NCBI GenBank assembly: GCA_040755995.1 | Contig: JBFMAF010000033.1 | Span: forward strand, 32,001 to 96,000 | Reading direction: 5' to 3' | Length of the DNA stretch: 64,000 nt | From: Acidobacteriota bacterium | GTDB taxonomy: Bacteria > Acidobacteriota > CAIWXX01 | In this document: positions 39,849-49,488 of the stretch, piece after piece | Position numbering within the stretch: position 1 is the first letter of the stretch | Layout: the number at the start of each line of letters is the position of its first letter | The notes under the pieces: model-generated | Databases searched by the model: none | The model's input: only the letters and a program-made list of their open reading frames with translations | Told to the model about the DNA's origin: nothing | Translations under genes and position numbers: made by a program

Positions 39849-40190
39849 CGATGCCGAAGTCGGCAGTCCCTCCGGCGCCACACAGTCCGCGGTCCAGTTC
39901 TGTAGTACGGCCCGGCTACAATGTAGGTTTCTCCCCAGAGGTCGCCTGACGACATCGTGGCCATGCATCGGCTCCAATGCTACGCTCTCGCAGAGGCTGG
40001 ATTCAAGAGTGAAGCGGCCACCCGGCCACCACGGCATCAGATCTCTGACAGCGACGCCATCCATATCCTATTCTCACCTGGGAGCATTGTGGGCCGTCAA
40101 CTGCGCCGTCCGATCGACGCCGAGCGAGGCAATTCATTTATTCGTTGCGAAGTACTTGACTGCGATCGCGGAATGTGGTTTTATGCATTT

Positions 40191-40469
40191 ATGCGCACAT
40201 CAATTGAAATGCCAGACGACCTCCTGCGGGAGGCCAAGGCCCGCGCTGCTCGCGCAGGCGAATCGCTCAAGACCCTGTTCAGGAGAGCAGTCGCAGCGGA
40301 GCTCGGCCGGACATCGGGCAGGCACGGTGGGGGAGCAGACGCGGGCGGCCTCCCCGTATTCGGCAATCCCAGGGGCCGGCGGGTGCGTCTCTCGAATAGG
40401 GACCTGGAGCGGATTTTGGCAGAGCAGGACGCCGCAGCCGCGCGAGGCAATTCCGGCCAGACGCGATGA
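40191..40469 (+). CDS. VapB-type RHH antitoxin
   Basis: MRTSIEMPDDLLREAKARAA...LKTLFRRAV; TTGACT upstream at 40156; ATGA overlap with the toxin. Confidence 0.85.
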   Translation: MRTSIEMPDDLLREAKARAARAGESLKTLFRRAVAAELGRTSGRHGGGADAGGLPVFGNPRGRRVRLSNRDLERILAEQDAAAARGNSGQTR

Positions 40470-40888
40470 AGCTGCCCGACGTGAATGTCTGGCTGGCCGG
40501 CGTCTGGGCCAGGCACGCACTCCACGCCATTGCCAGGGCGTGGTTGACGAATGAACGGGACGAAATCGCGTTCTGCCGAGTGACCCAGATGGCCCTGCTG
40601 CGACTTGTGTCGAACCCGGCCGTGACGGGAGACGACTCTCTCACCCGCCGACAGGCCTGGGAGCTGATCGATCGGCTGATGGCGGACCGGCGAATCCCTT
40701 TTCTAGCTGAACCTGAGCGACTCGTACCACTATGGGTGGCCTTCTCCAAGCGCGACGACCGCAGCCATCTGCTCTGGACAGACGACTACCTCGCCGCTTT
40801 CGCTTCCGCCGCCGGGGCAGAGCTGGTGACGCTCGACCGGGCATTTCCCAAACGCTATCCATCCGTGCAGGTGAGATGCCTGGTTTGA
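40466..40888 (+). CDS. vapC: PIN-domain toxin (VapC family)
   Basis: LPDVNVWLA, HALH, WTDDYLAAFA, LVTLD. Confidence 0.9.
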   Translation: MKLPDVNVWLAGVWARHALHAIARAWLTNERDEIAFCRVTQMALLRLVSNPAVTGDDSLTRRQAWELIDRLMADRRIPFLAEPERLVPLWVAFSKRDDRSHLLWTDDYLAAFASAAGAELVTLDRAFPKRYPSVQVRCLV

Positions 40889-40984
40889 GAGGCCTGGCTC
40901 TCGCCATTCTACCGTGCCTGTCCGGGTGTGGAGGTCGGTCTGGGTACCAACTTCGAGATGGGGACATCGTCTTCCATACGGTCG

Positions 40985-41542
40985 GTGCCATTGGGGGCGG
41001 TTCGTGAAGCCGTGACCAACGCCGTCGTTCACGCCGATTATGCCCAGCGCGGTGCACCGACACGCCTTTCAATATTCGACGATCGCATCGAAATCGAGAA
41101 TCCCGGGCTACTGCCCTTTGGCCTCACGGTGCCGGATATCCGCCGCGGTATCTCCAAGCTCCGCAACAGGGTCCTCGGGCGTGTCTTCAAGGAGCTCGGG
41201 TTGATCGAGCAGTGGGGAAGCGGGATCGGACGGATGACGAGGTTTTGCCGGGATGCCGGTCTGCCCGAACCGCAGTTCGAGGAGATCGGCTTCCACTTTC
41301 GGACAACCATCATCAAGCGCCGGATCGGGGCTCTTCGAGTCGACCCCGTGGAGCAGCGAATTCTGGAGCTCCTCGCGGATGGCGCCGGCAGGACGACTTC
41401 GGAGATCAGCAAGATGGTGGGACGCAGCGCCCGTGCGACCCGTACGCGCTTGGCCGCACTCGTGTCGCGCGGGATCATCGTCGAGCTCGGGAGCGGACCT
41501 CGGGACCCGCGGCGCACCTACCACCTCATGAGGCAGCCGTAG
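40985..41542 (+). pseudogene. 5'-truncated HATPase_c_4 (RecG C-terminal-like) + wHTH gene
   Basis: AVREAVTNAVVHADY, IEIENPG, RNRVL, IEQWGSGI; lacks the N-terminal AlbA_2-type half usual in this family. Confidence 0.65.
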
Positions 41543-41647
41543 GAGCCTGGATAATCGTACCCGTGCGATGCAGGATCGTCGTGTCCGCGCCGCATCACAC
41601 CACGTGGCCCCGGTTCGTTGTGGCCAGCCGCTCCGGCATCCAGGCGC

Positions 41648-42109
41648 TCAGGCGACATCGATCAGCGAGGCCGCGATCCGTGCGGCCTCCTGCGTGATCT
41701 CCCGGCACTTCGTTTCACAGTCGTGTTCCATGAAGAACCGCTGTCCCTCGGAGGTGTTCAAGTCGCAGCCGATCAGCTCGCGACAGTTGGTCGTGCCAAA
41801 GCGCTCGCGGAAACGAGCCAGCAGCAGCTGGACCTTCGCATAGATCGGCTCGAGATCGCCGTCGGGAGTTGAACGCCCGTACCTGAGCCCGAGCGCCAGG
41901 ATGGCCCCGCTGAGCGCTCCGCACATGCCGCACGTCCGCGAGACGCCGCTGCAGAAGCCGCTCGCCATACGCGGGATCAGCTCGCTCTTGATCCCCATCT
42001 GCTCGGAGATCGCGAGGAGCACGCTCTCTGCGCAGTAGAACCCGGACCTGAACAGATCACCCGCCCTGCCCGATGCGGAGCATCCGCCACGAAGCTCGTC
42101 CTCAGACAT
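41648..42109 (-). CDS. C-GCAxxG-C-C family redox protein
   Basis: FYCAESV, CGALSG, TNCREL, KC. Confidence 0.9.
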   Translation of the reverse strand: MSEDELRGGCSASGRAGDLFRSGFYCAESVLLAISEQMGIKSELIPRMASGFCSGVSRTCGMCGALSGAILALGLRYGRSTPDGDLEPIYAKVQLLLARFRERFGTTNCRELIGCDLNTSEGQRFFMEHDCETKCREITQEAARIAASLIDVA

Positions 42110-43235
42110 CTGCTCCCTCCTTCACGTTGAAGTACCTTGCCTGTGGGTGGTGAAAGACCAGTGCGCTGACGCTTGCCTCCGGGTCCATCGTGAAGCCTTC
42201 GGTGACGCGCACGCCGATGTCTTCGGGCTTCAGCAGCATCCACAGAGTGTCCTCGTCCGAGAGATTCGGGCATGCAGGATAGCCGAAGCTCACGCGAAGC
42301 CCGGTGTAGCTCGCCTGGAACAGCTCCCGCTGCGTGATGTCCGGCTTGTCGGCGATGCCCCACTCGGAGCGAAGTTGCTGGTGGAGCTTTTCGGCAAATG
42401 CCTCGGTCGTCTCCAGCGCCAGTGACTGGAGCGCGTGCGAAAGCACGTACTCGCCGCGCTCCTTGAGCTGCAAAGCCAGCGGCCGGATCCCCAGACCGCA
42501 GCTCACGACGAACATCGCTACGCTGTCGCGGCCGGCCGCCGCGGGCCCGACGTAGTCGGAGATGCAGAGCCCGTCTGGCTCGGCCTGCCGTGGGAACGTG
42601 AACCGCGTGAGCTCCTGATCGGCTTCGTCATATAGGATCAGATCGTTGCCTTCGGAATTCGCAAAGAAGAACTGGACAACACCGCGGGCCTTCATCCATC
42701 CCTGCTCGGCGCGGCTCTTGACATCGCGCACCACGGCATCCAGCTCGCGGTACTTCGCGTCGCCGCTTTCGGCCAGGCGTTCGACGCTCCCACGGAGCCC
42801 GAGGTGCTTGCCGTAGAGCATCTGATGATTCAGATAGGGCCAGAGCTCGGTGACATCCGCTTTGATGATGCGCCGGGCAAGGGTCGGGGGGCGCCGCGGT
42901 GGCACCTCCGCTATCTTCCGCGAGCGAGCTGCGCCGACTGCGATCGAAGGCGCTGCAGTCGCCCGCGACGCCTGCTCCAGGGACGTGGTCTCGGCGGCAA
43001 TCGACCGCTCCATCCCCGCGCGCTGATCCGGATCGATCAGCCGATTGGCGATGTCCAGACCGCTCATCGCATCCTTGGCATAGACCACGGTCGAACCGTA
43101 CGCGGGGCGGATGCGCGCGTACGTGAACTTCTTGGTAAGCGCGGCGCCGCCGACGACAACCGGTGTCGTGATCCCGGCTGCGCGAAGATCCTCAACGGTC
43201 GTCACCATCTGCTGCGCGGACTTCACTAGAAGCCC
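42102..43235 (-). pseudogene. metH: Diverged duplicate of the metH 3' part (half of the B12-binding domain plus activation domain)
   Basis: About 90% aa identity (36 differences over ~367 aa by hand count) to 58428-59539; begins mid-motif at GLLVKSA. Confidence 0.9.
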
Positions 43236-43340
43236 CTAAAGGCACCGTTCAACCCGACGGAGATCATGCCCGAATGCTCGACGGAAGCGTAGAACGCGTA
43301 GGTATTCTGCCAGACCGGCATGGTTCCTGTTGGTGATGAG

Positions 43341-43403
43341 GGCCAGCGCGCCGACGCTCGTTTCGGGATCCATCATGAATCCTTCGATCAGGCTGAGGCC
43401 CAT
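43341..43403 (-). repeat. Third, short metH 3' fragment
   Basis: Encodes EGFMMDPETSVGAL versus EGFMMDPEASVSAL at ~58462-58523. Confidence 0.75.
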
Positions 43404-43404
43404 C

Positions 43405-44706
43405 TCATGAGAGCAGGTCGACCGTCGTGAGGATGGCATTGATCAGGTGTCGCCGAATGCTCAGGAACTCTTCACCCAGGACCAGCATCTGCTCGATCCG
43501 ATGCGCGCCGAAGTTCCTCAATGTTGACGCGACAAGCATCGATTCCTCGGCGGGACTTGGCCCCGCGCCCGATGAGTAGGCGTACTTGTGCGAGAGCAGC
43601 AGACGAAGCATGCCGTCGAAATCTGCCTGGCATTTCTTCTTCAGCACTTCGATCTCGTCATGTGTCAACTGCTTCCAACCAACCCGCGCTTCGCTGGCCA
43701 GAAGAGGCAGGAGACCCCCCAGCATGTTCGTGCGCCCGAGTTCCTCCTGGAGCAGACACTCAAGCACGCGGCAGATCTGGAAGTAGAGGTCTGAGAGGTA
43801 GATGGACCTGAACACGGTCTCGAGTCCGGCCGGGCGATCATCCTCGAAGGCTTTCAGTCGATATAGCGCAAACACGAAGGCAAACGCCTCGTCCACCATC
43901 TGTGGCTGCGCAAGGAATCTGGCTCTGAAATCTGCGAGCGTGAATGCGCGACCTGTAGCCTTGTTGTACTCCTCGATCCTGGACCTGAGGTACTCTGCCA
44001 CCTCATCGACCTTTCCCTTGAAGAACTGGTCCTGCGCCTCTGAGTTGAGCGTGACGAAGAGGTACGCCGGCAGTTTGAGGTAGTCACCTTCCTTGGAAGC
44101 GTCTTGTGTGGCCCTGGCAATCGTCTCGCAGGTCACCCGGTCCTCTTCGACCGCCTGATGCATCAGCAGAAACCCCCTGTCGAGATTCCCGTTCAGAATA
44201 GCCGTGACGCCCGCGAAATAGTACGGGGTTCCCTTGTGGAGCCGCCTTCCCGCGTGCATGCTCTCCCAGGCAAGAGCATGCCGGATGACAGCTGTCCACC
44301 ACTTCTCCGCCTCTCCAGGCATGGCACAAGCCATGAATATCTGCCACAATGCAGTTGCGTGCCAGAAGGTTTCATCGTGCCCCTCCATCCCGTCTGCGGG
44401 CAGCTGGTCCCATGCTTGCGTGAGGTCACCGAGAACCGACTGCATGCGCTGTCTCGACTGGCTGAGCACACTTGCGCAGATGTCGACGGAATGGGTTGCC
44501 GGAGTCGAATGATCCTGTAGCCCCGTTTGTGAATTCCCGGGGATCACCTCGGATTGATGCCACTCCCATTCGCCGCAGTCAATTCGGAAAACCGATGCCG
44601 AACTGGTCGAGCACACATTTGTGAAGAGCCCGAGACCAGACTCCGCCTCTGGTTTGACACCAGAAGCCGCAACTGGGAGCTCAGGCAAATCCTCTTTCTT
44701 AGTCAT
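43405..44706 (-). CDS. Hypothetical protein with helical/TPR-like region and putative C-terminal HEPN motif
   Basis: RBS gaggagg; HKGTPYYFAG helix pair; LRNFGAH (R-x4-H) near the C-terminus. Confidence 0.55.
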   Translation of the reverse strand: MTKKEDLPELPVAASGVKPEAESGLGLFTNVCSTSSASVFRIDCGEWEWHQSEVIPGNSQTGLQDHSTPATHSVDICASVLSQSRQRMQSVLGDLTQAWDQLPADGMEGHDETFWHATALWQIFMACAMPGEAEKWWTAVIRHALAWESMHAGRRLHKGTPYYFAGVTAILNGNLDRGFLLMHQAVEEDRVTCETIARATQDASKEGDYLKLPAYLFVTLNSEAQDQFFKGKVDEVAEYLRSRIEEYNKATGRAFTLADFRARFLAQPQMVDEAFAFVFALYRLKAFEDDRPAGLETVFRSIYLSDLYFQICRVLECLLQEELGRTNMLGGLLPLLASEARVGWKQLTHDEIEVLKKKCQADFDGMLRLLLSHKYAYSSGAGPSPAEESMLVASTLRNFGAHRIEQMLVLGEEFLSIRRHLINAILTTVDLLS

Positions 44707-44778
44707 CTGAGCACCTCCTCAATCGTGACGGCCCTCCCTCCTTGGTGCCGAGGGTACCGGGCCGTGCGATCCTTAGAC

Positions 44779-46833
44779 CTAGGTCTGCACCGCCTTGAAG
44801 AAAGCATCTGGGGCGTCGGCGTAGAACTCGATGCTGATCCGGGTGGCCATGTCATCGGACAGGTTGAAGAGTTGTTTGCGGGCGGAGATGGGCATCAGCA
44901 GCGCCGTTGCGCCCTTCTCGACGGCAAGCTCGGCGATGGCCACCGGATTGGGGATCAGTTCGACTGAGCCCCCAAGGTTCAACGCACCAACCACGATAAG
45001 CCCGCCTTTGAGGCTACGCTCGAGGAGTGCCCCGCAGAGAGCGAATAGAACTCCCAGACCCAGTCCAGCCCCTGAACGATCCGCATCGATAGCTCTCAGT
45101 TGGACCGAGAACTCGTGTGACCTCGGATCGCGCTCGCCGACGAGCTCCTTCGCACGCATGTATAGATTCTGTTCACCATAGCGAACACTTTCCCTGAATG
45201 CGGGGGGCACGGGCGCGTTGAGAATCCTGACGCCGCTGCCAGGTCCGACCGCTGCCTCTATTCGATACAGGCCCTGAGTTGCACCTTCGCCGCCCGGACT
45301 GATCGTCCAGATCTGACCCGGCGGGAGGGGGTCAGTTTCGATACGGTCTTCGCTATGCAGCTCCGGGGTCGAAACGAACTGCTCGACGCCTTCAACTCCC
45401 ATGAAGTAGCTCAGGTGCGTGTTGCGGAACTCGGTCTTGAGGATACGCTTCTGCTGTTCCTTGATGCGCCTCCGGGATTCCAAAGCTACCCTGACGATTG
45501 CGTCCAGCTCATCATCGGGGATCGGCAGAGAAGGATCCGGAAAGAGCAGCTTCAAGAGCCCATTTATGGTCTTGGTCACCGCCTCGATGTCACGGCCGCT
45601 GAGCGCACCACCCCAATTCACGCGACCCTGGAGCGCCGACATGCGTGTCTGCTCGCGCAGTCTCGCCCAGCATTCCGACAGGAAGTCGCTGACCAGTCCG
45701 AAGTGGCAGGTGAGGTGTTCGTGTGGGTTGAGCTTCGGGAACTCCCAGCCCGGCACGTAGCCGTGGAGGCGGTCCATGAATGCCGTGTCGTACCTCATCT
45801 CGGGGGGCAGCGGTGCCAGAAGGTGGCCGATCCGTTGCTGCTGTTCCACATCGACATCGAGGTTGCCCACTATCACGATGCTGCCGGATGCCCGGATACT
45901 CTCCTTGCCACGCGAGAATTCACCGGAGGCCATGTAGCCCTTCATGATGTTCACGCCGTCTTTCTGGTCAAACGAGATCCCCGACACCTCGTCGAAGCAG
46001 ACCACGTCGTAGTGGCAGACGAGGCCGCGCTGACCCGTCGCGTTGTTCACGAACATCTTGGCCACTGTAGCCTTTCCGCCGGAAATCAGATGCGAGTTGG
46101 GAGATACCTGCTGGAAGAGATGGCTCTTGCCGGTGCCCCTCGGGCCAAGCTCCACCATGTTGTAGTTCCGCTCGACAAACGGCACCATGCGGAGCAATGT
46201 CACTAGTCTTGCCCGCTCGGAGAGCACCGCGGGTTCGAGCCCGATCGAGCGGATGAGAAGCTGTTTCCACTCCTCAGTCGTGAACTGCGCTCTGCCCCTG
46301 GCGAGGACGTTCAACACATCCGGCTTTGACAGCTGGATCGCGCGCAGGCTGTCGATCGCGAATGGCCGTCCGCTCTGTTCCTGCGCGATCGCCGCGTCGT
46401 ACGAGAGCGCTACCTCGGCGTAGAAGCCGTCCGTGAGCATCCGTTCGTGCTCTCGGACGAGCCTGTCTTCGATCCGCACATCGCGGAGCTGTAGGCTGGG
46501 CAGCTCGACCAGAAAGCAGTCGTTGCGGGAGTCAAGGCGAGCCTTCACGATGTCTATCAGCTTCACCGAGCCTCTCTCGCGCGCCCGTGCCTTGAACAAC
46601 TCCTCCTGGCCTGTTCGCACGGTCCGATCCGTGAGCTGCCGCTCAACCACTTCCAGACCCTCCGCGATCTCCTGCTCATTCACTGTTGCGCAATATCGTC
46701 CGAGCAGGAACTCGACCACGTAGGTGGGCACGGGAAACTGCCGGCTGTAACGCCGGACCAGATCCTTGCGCACCAGGTATCCCTCGAACGCAGATGCTGC
46801 AAGCCTGTCCAGTCCGTCAAGTTCCATTATCAT
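44779..46833 (-). CDS. brxL: BREX Lon-like protein BrxL
   Basis: VPTYVVEFLLG, ELGPRGTGKS, FDEV, MASGEFSRG, C-terminal Lon-like domain. Confidence 0.93.
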   Translation of the reverse strand: MIMELDGLDRLAASAFEGYLVRKDLVRRYSRQFPVPTYVVEFLLGRYCATVNEQEIAEGLEVVERQLTDRTVRTGQEELFKARARERGSVKLIDIVKARLDSRNDCFLVELPSLQLRDVRIEDRLVREHERMLTDGFYAEVALSYDAAIAQEQSGRPFAIDSLRAIQLSKPDVLNVLARGRAQFTTEEWKQLLIRSIGLEPAVLSERARLVTLLRMVPFVERNYNMVELGPRGTGKSHLFQQVSPNSHLISGGKATVAKMFVNNATGQRGLVCHYDVVCFDEVSGISFDQKDGVNIMKGYMASGEFSRGKESIRASGSIVIVGNLDVDVEQQQRIGHLLAPLPPEMRYDTAFMDRLHGYVPGWEFPKLNPHEHLTCHFGLVSDFLSECWARLREQTRMSALQGRVNWGGALSGRDIEAVTKTINGLLKLLFPDPSLPIPDDELDAIVRVALESRRRIKEQQKRILKTEFRNTHLSYFMGVEGVEQFVSTPELHSEDRIETDPLPPGQIWTISPGGEGATQGLYRIEAAVGPGSGVRILNAPVPPAFRESVRYGEQNLYMRAKELVGERDPRSHEFSVQLRAIDADRSGAGLGLGVLFALCGALLERSLKGGLIVVGALNLGGSVELIPNPVAIAELAVEKGATALLMPISARKQLFNLSDDMATRISIEFYADAPDAFFKAVQT

Positions 46834-49172
46834 TCCTCGCCGCCGACCGTCGTGGCTTTCTTCGCCACGACGCGGCCCGAATCGTCCAGTAGCACGACGC
46901 TCGCCGCTGTGCCGATGAGCGCGTCATCTTCGACGAGCAGTGCGGCCTTCCCCTGTTGATCTGTCTGTTTGCGCGAAGCGATACTCGAGCCCGGGTCTCC
47001 GATTCTGGTCCTGATGTCGACCACCAATGCGGCGTGCGGAGGCTCGATCGCTACGCGGCACCTCATGGCTACCCACTCTACATCCACGATGCTGGGCGTT
47101 GGGCCTGCTCCGGTCTCGCCAGAACTGAACGCGAGATCCGGTACCAGGCATTCCTGGAGGCTGATCCCGCCGTGAGCGTACTCGTGGCCGCTTCCGAAAC
47201 AGTGGACTCCCGTCCCGTAGGCAAAGACCTCGCTCGGGTTCCAGTACCAGGAAGAGGTTGGCACTGACACGTGTGCGGTCACCTTGAGTGTCGCGCAGCG
47301 AGACCAGCGGCTCTCAGTGAGGTACTTCGGGAGGCTCATCGCCGGCAGCCCGCCAGGGACGAGCAGCCAGCCGTGGTCTGTCACCACACGAACTCGTTTC
47401 CAGCCAGCCGAAAGCAGCGACTCCACGCGATCCACCAGGGACACCAGAAGATCCTCGATCCCCGCCGCCACTCCGGCCTGCAAGTCATGACCGCGCCTGT
47501 CGAAGTCTCCGATCTCAGTCCAGCCGCGAGCATCATCCTCCTGCGGCCGACCGACCTCCATCGGCGCCAGGACTTGATATCCCGCCAGTGCGATCGCCTT
47601 GCGAAGTCGTTCCGACGTGAGGCGTTGACCTGCGTGCTCCAGCTCGGGCGCGAAGTCAGCTCCCAGCTCATGCCCGACGATCTGCGTAGCGATCGGCGAG
47701 ACGGCAGGTTTCGTGGTCGCCGTCACAGTCGGCACCGGGCACAAGCGCCTTCCCACGACAACTCGCAGCTTGCGCTCGTGCGCCAGACCCACTAGCCGCT
47801 GCGCCACGTCGTATCTCAAAGCATCCACAAAGAGCAGACACGTGCCCGGTTCGCAGCTCGCGACCGACTGAGTATCATCGCGTCTTGTGGGTAGGGGGTT
47901 GCCAGCAACGAGTCTCTGGAAGTGCTCGGCCGAGTCCTGCATCCATGGCAGGTAGACGGACCTCGCTGCGACGGAGAGCGCATCGAGATCCTCCCGAGAC
48001 TTCACTTCCGCCAATGCCCGCAGCAGAGCATCGTCGGCCAGCCATCCGGCCTGAGCGTATCGCTCCGCCATGGCTTGCACCGAATCGCCGCCGAAGGCGC
48101 TACCGGTGTGCTTCGCGAGGGCGGCGAGGTGCGAGATCGCCTTTGCGAGGGGACTTCGCCCGAGCGCCGCCCAGACCCACTGCCTCCGCTCCGCATGCTG
48201 GCTCTCCAGCTCGCCTAGCCGCGCTCGCGCATCCACGGCGCTGGCCCCCTGAAGCTGCCGGAGTGCCTGGCGGAGGTCCTTCTCCATGTCGTCGTTCTCA
48301 TCGGGCCAGGTCTCCTTCACGAACAACAGGCCGCCGGGCTTGGCCCGCCGGAGCAGCTCGGTGATGCCGGGATAGAGCTTCGGCGCTTCGACAAACCTGT
48401 CCCACACGGGCCGCCACGCATCGGCCTGCGTGCCCAGACGCTCGCCCGCCACGATTTCCCCGTCGCCCTCAGGGTCGAAACTGTATTCGGCTCTGCAGCG
48501 TGACCGGAAGGCCGACCAGCGCGCTTGGTCCCACTGCTCGCGAACGCCAGTGGGATCGCTCATCCATTCCAGCAAGTTGCGCGGCGTGTCTTCGATCATC
48601 AGCTTATCGAAATCCTCGGCCTCCAGTCGCTTGCTCCGGAGGCGGGGAAGGGGTGTCACTGCGAGACGCGGAAGAGCACCGCGCAACGCCTGCTTTGTGT
48701 GCTCATCCCTCGCGACATCCAGTCCGAGACCGGCGTCCTCAGAGAGGAGAAATGCCTCGATGGTCCAATCGCGTCCGTTTCGCTGGCACCACACTGTCCC
48801 CCGATACTGCAGCTCGACCATCGGCTTCAGAATGTCAGGACACTCCTCTGCTGCCCGCAGTGTTTGCCGGCTGATCCCGGGCATGTACACCACCGGGACT
48901 GTCCGTCCAGGCATGGCGACATCGGGCAAGGTTTTCTCCACGATGCACCGGATCCAGATGGCCGGCCCTCGCCGTTGATCGGGTGCGTAGTCGCCGAGCA
49001 CGAGCAGCTCCGGCACCATGCTATGCAGCGGTGGAATCAGAGGCTGCCACTGTGCGTCCGCGTCTGTCCAGAGGAGGGCCGCTGGCGGGACTTCGCCTGG
49101 AGCGTGTTTGACGGCCGCACGGAGCGATGCCTGGAGCGCGTCCAGAAGAGTCTTTGGCTCGTCGGCTGCCAT
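46830..49172 (-). CDS. pglZ: BREX PglZ alkaline-phosphatase-domain protein (type B-like)
   Basis: FVDALRYD, PTVTAT, VVTDHGW, YAHGGISLQE. Confidence 0.92.
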   Translation of the reverse strand: MAADEPKTLLDALQASLRAAVKHAPGEVPPAALLWTDADAQWQPLIPPLHSMVPELLVLGDYAPDQRRGPAIWIRCIVEKTLPDVAMPGRTVPVVYMPGISRQTLRAAEECPDILKPMVELQYRGTVWCQRNGRDWTIEAFLLSEDAGLGLDVARDEHTKQALRGALPRLAVTPLPRLRSKRLEAEDFDKLMIEDTPRNLLEWMSDPTGVREQWDQARWSAFRSRCRAEYSFDPEGDGEIVAGERLGTQADAWRPVWDRFVEAPKLYPGITELLRRAKPGGLLFVKETWPDENDDMEKDLRQALRQLQGASAVDARARLGELESQHAERRQWVWAALGRSPLAKAISHLAALAKHTGSAFGGDSVQAMAERYAQAGWLADDALLRALAEVKSREDLDALSVAARSVYLPWMQDSAEHFQRLVAGNPLPTRRDDTQSVASCEPGTCLLFVDALRYDVAQRLVGLAHERKLRVVVGRRLCPVPTVTATTKPAVSPIATQIVGHELGADFAPELEHAGQRLTSERLRKAIALAGYQVLAPMEVGRPQEDDARGWTEIGDFDRRGHDLQAGVAAGIEDLLVSLVDRVESLLSAGWKRVRVVTDHGWLLVPGGLPAMSLPKYLTESRWSRCATLKVTAHVSVPTSSWYWNPSEVFAYGTGVHCFGSGHEYAHGGISLQECLVPDLAFSSGETGAGPTPSIVDVEWVAMRCRVAIEPPHAALVVDIRTRIGDPGSSIASRKQTDQQGKAALLVEDDALIGTAASVVLLDDSGRVVAKKATTVGGEE

Positions 49173-49176
49173 GATC

Positions 49177-49473
49177 CTATCCCGCCACCCCGGAGCTTCT
49201 TGGACCGGCCCGCCTCGTCTTCGATCCTGCTGAGTGCCTGTACAACACCTTCAGGACGCTCTGGACGTCGCCGGGCACAGCCGACATCCGTTCAATCACC
49301 AACGCCTCGGAGAGTCGGGCGTGAATCTTCCGGTTCTGCAGCTCAGTCCGAACGCGTGCAAGGAGTTTCTTGGCATCACAAAGCTCGAAGCCGTCGCCCC
49401 ACTCGGCATTCAGGATGCTCGTGGCTTCCCGCGTTGCCTTCACATAGTCACCGCGATACTTCGGGTCGTCCAA
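49177..49473 (-). CDS. Small hypothetical ORF or gene remnant between pglX and pglZ
   Basis: 98 aa, TTG start after gggagg; no recognisable domain. Confidence 0.35.
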   Translation of the reverse strand: MDDPKYRGDYVKATREATSILNAEWGDGFELCDAKKLLARVRTELQNRKIHARLSEALVIERMSAVPGDVQSVLKVLYRHSAGSKTRRAGPRSSGVAG

Positions 49474-49488
49474 CTGACAGCCTCCCTT

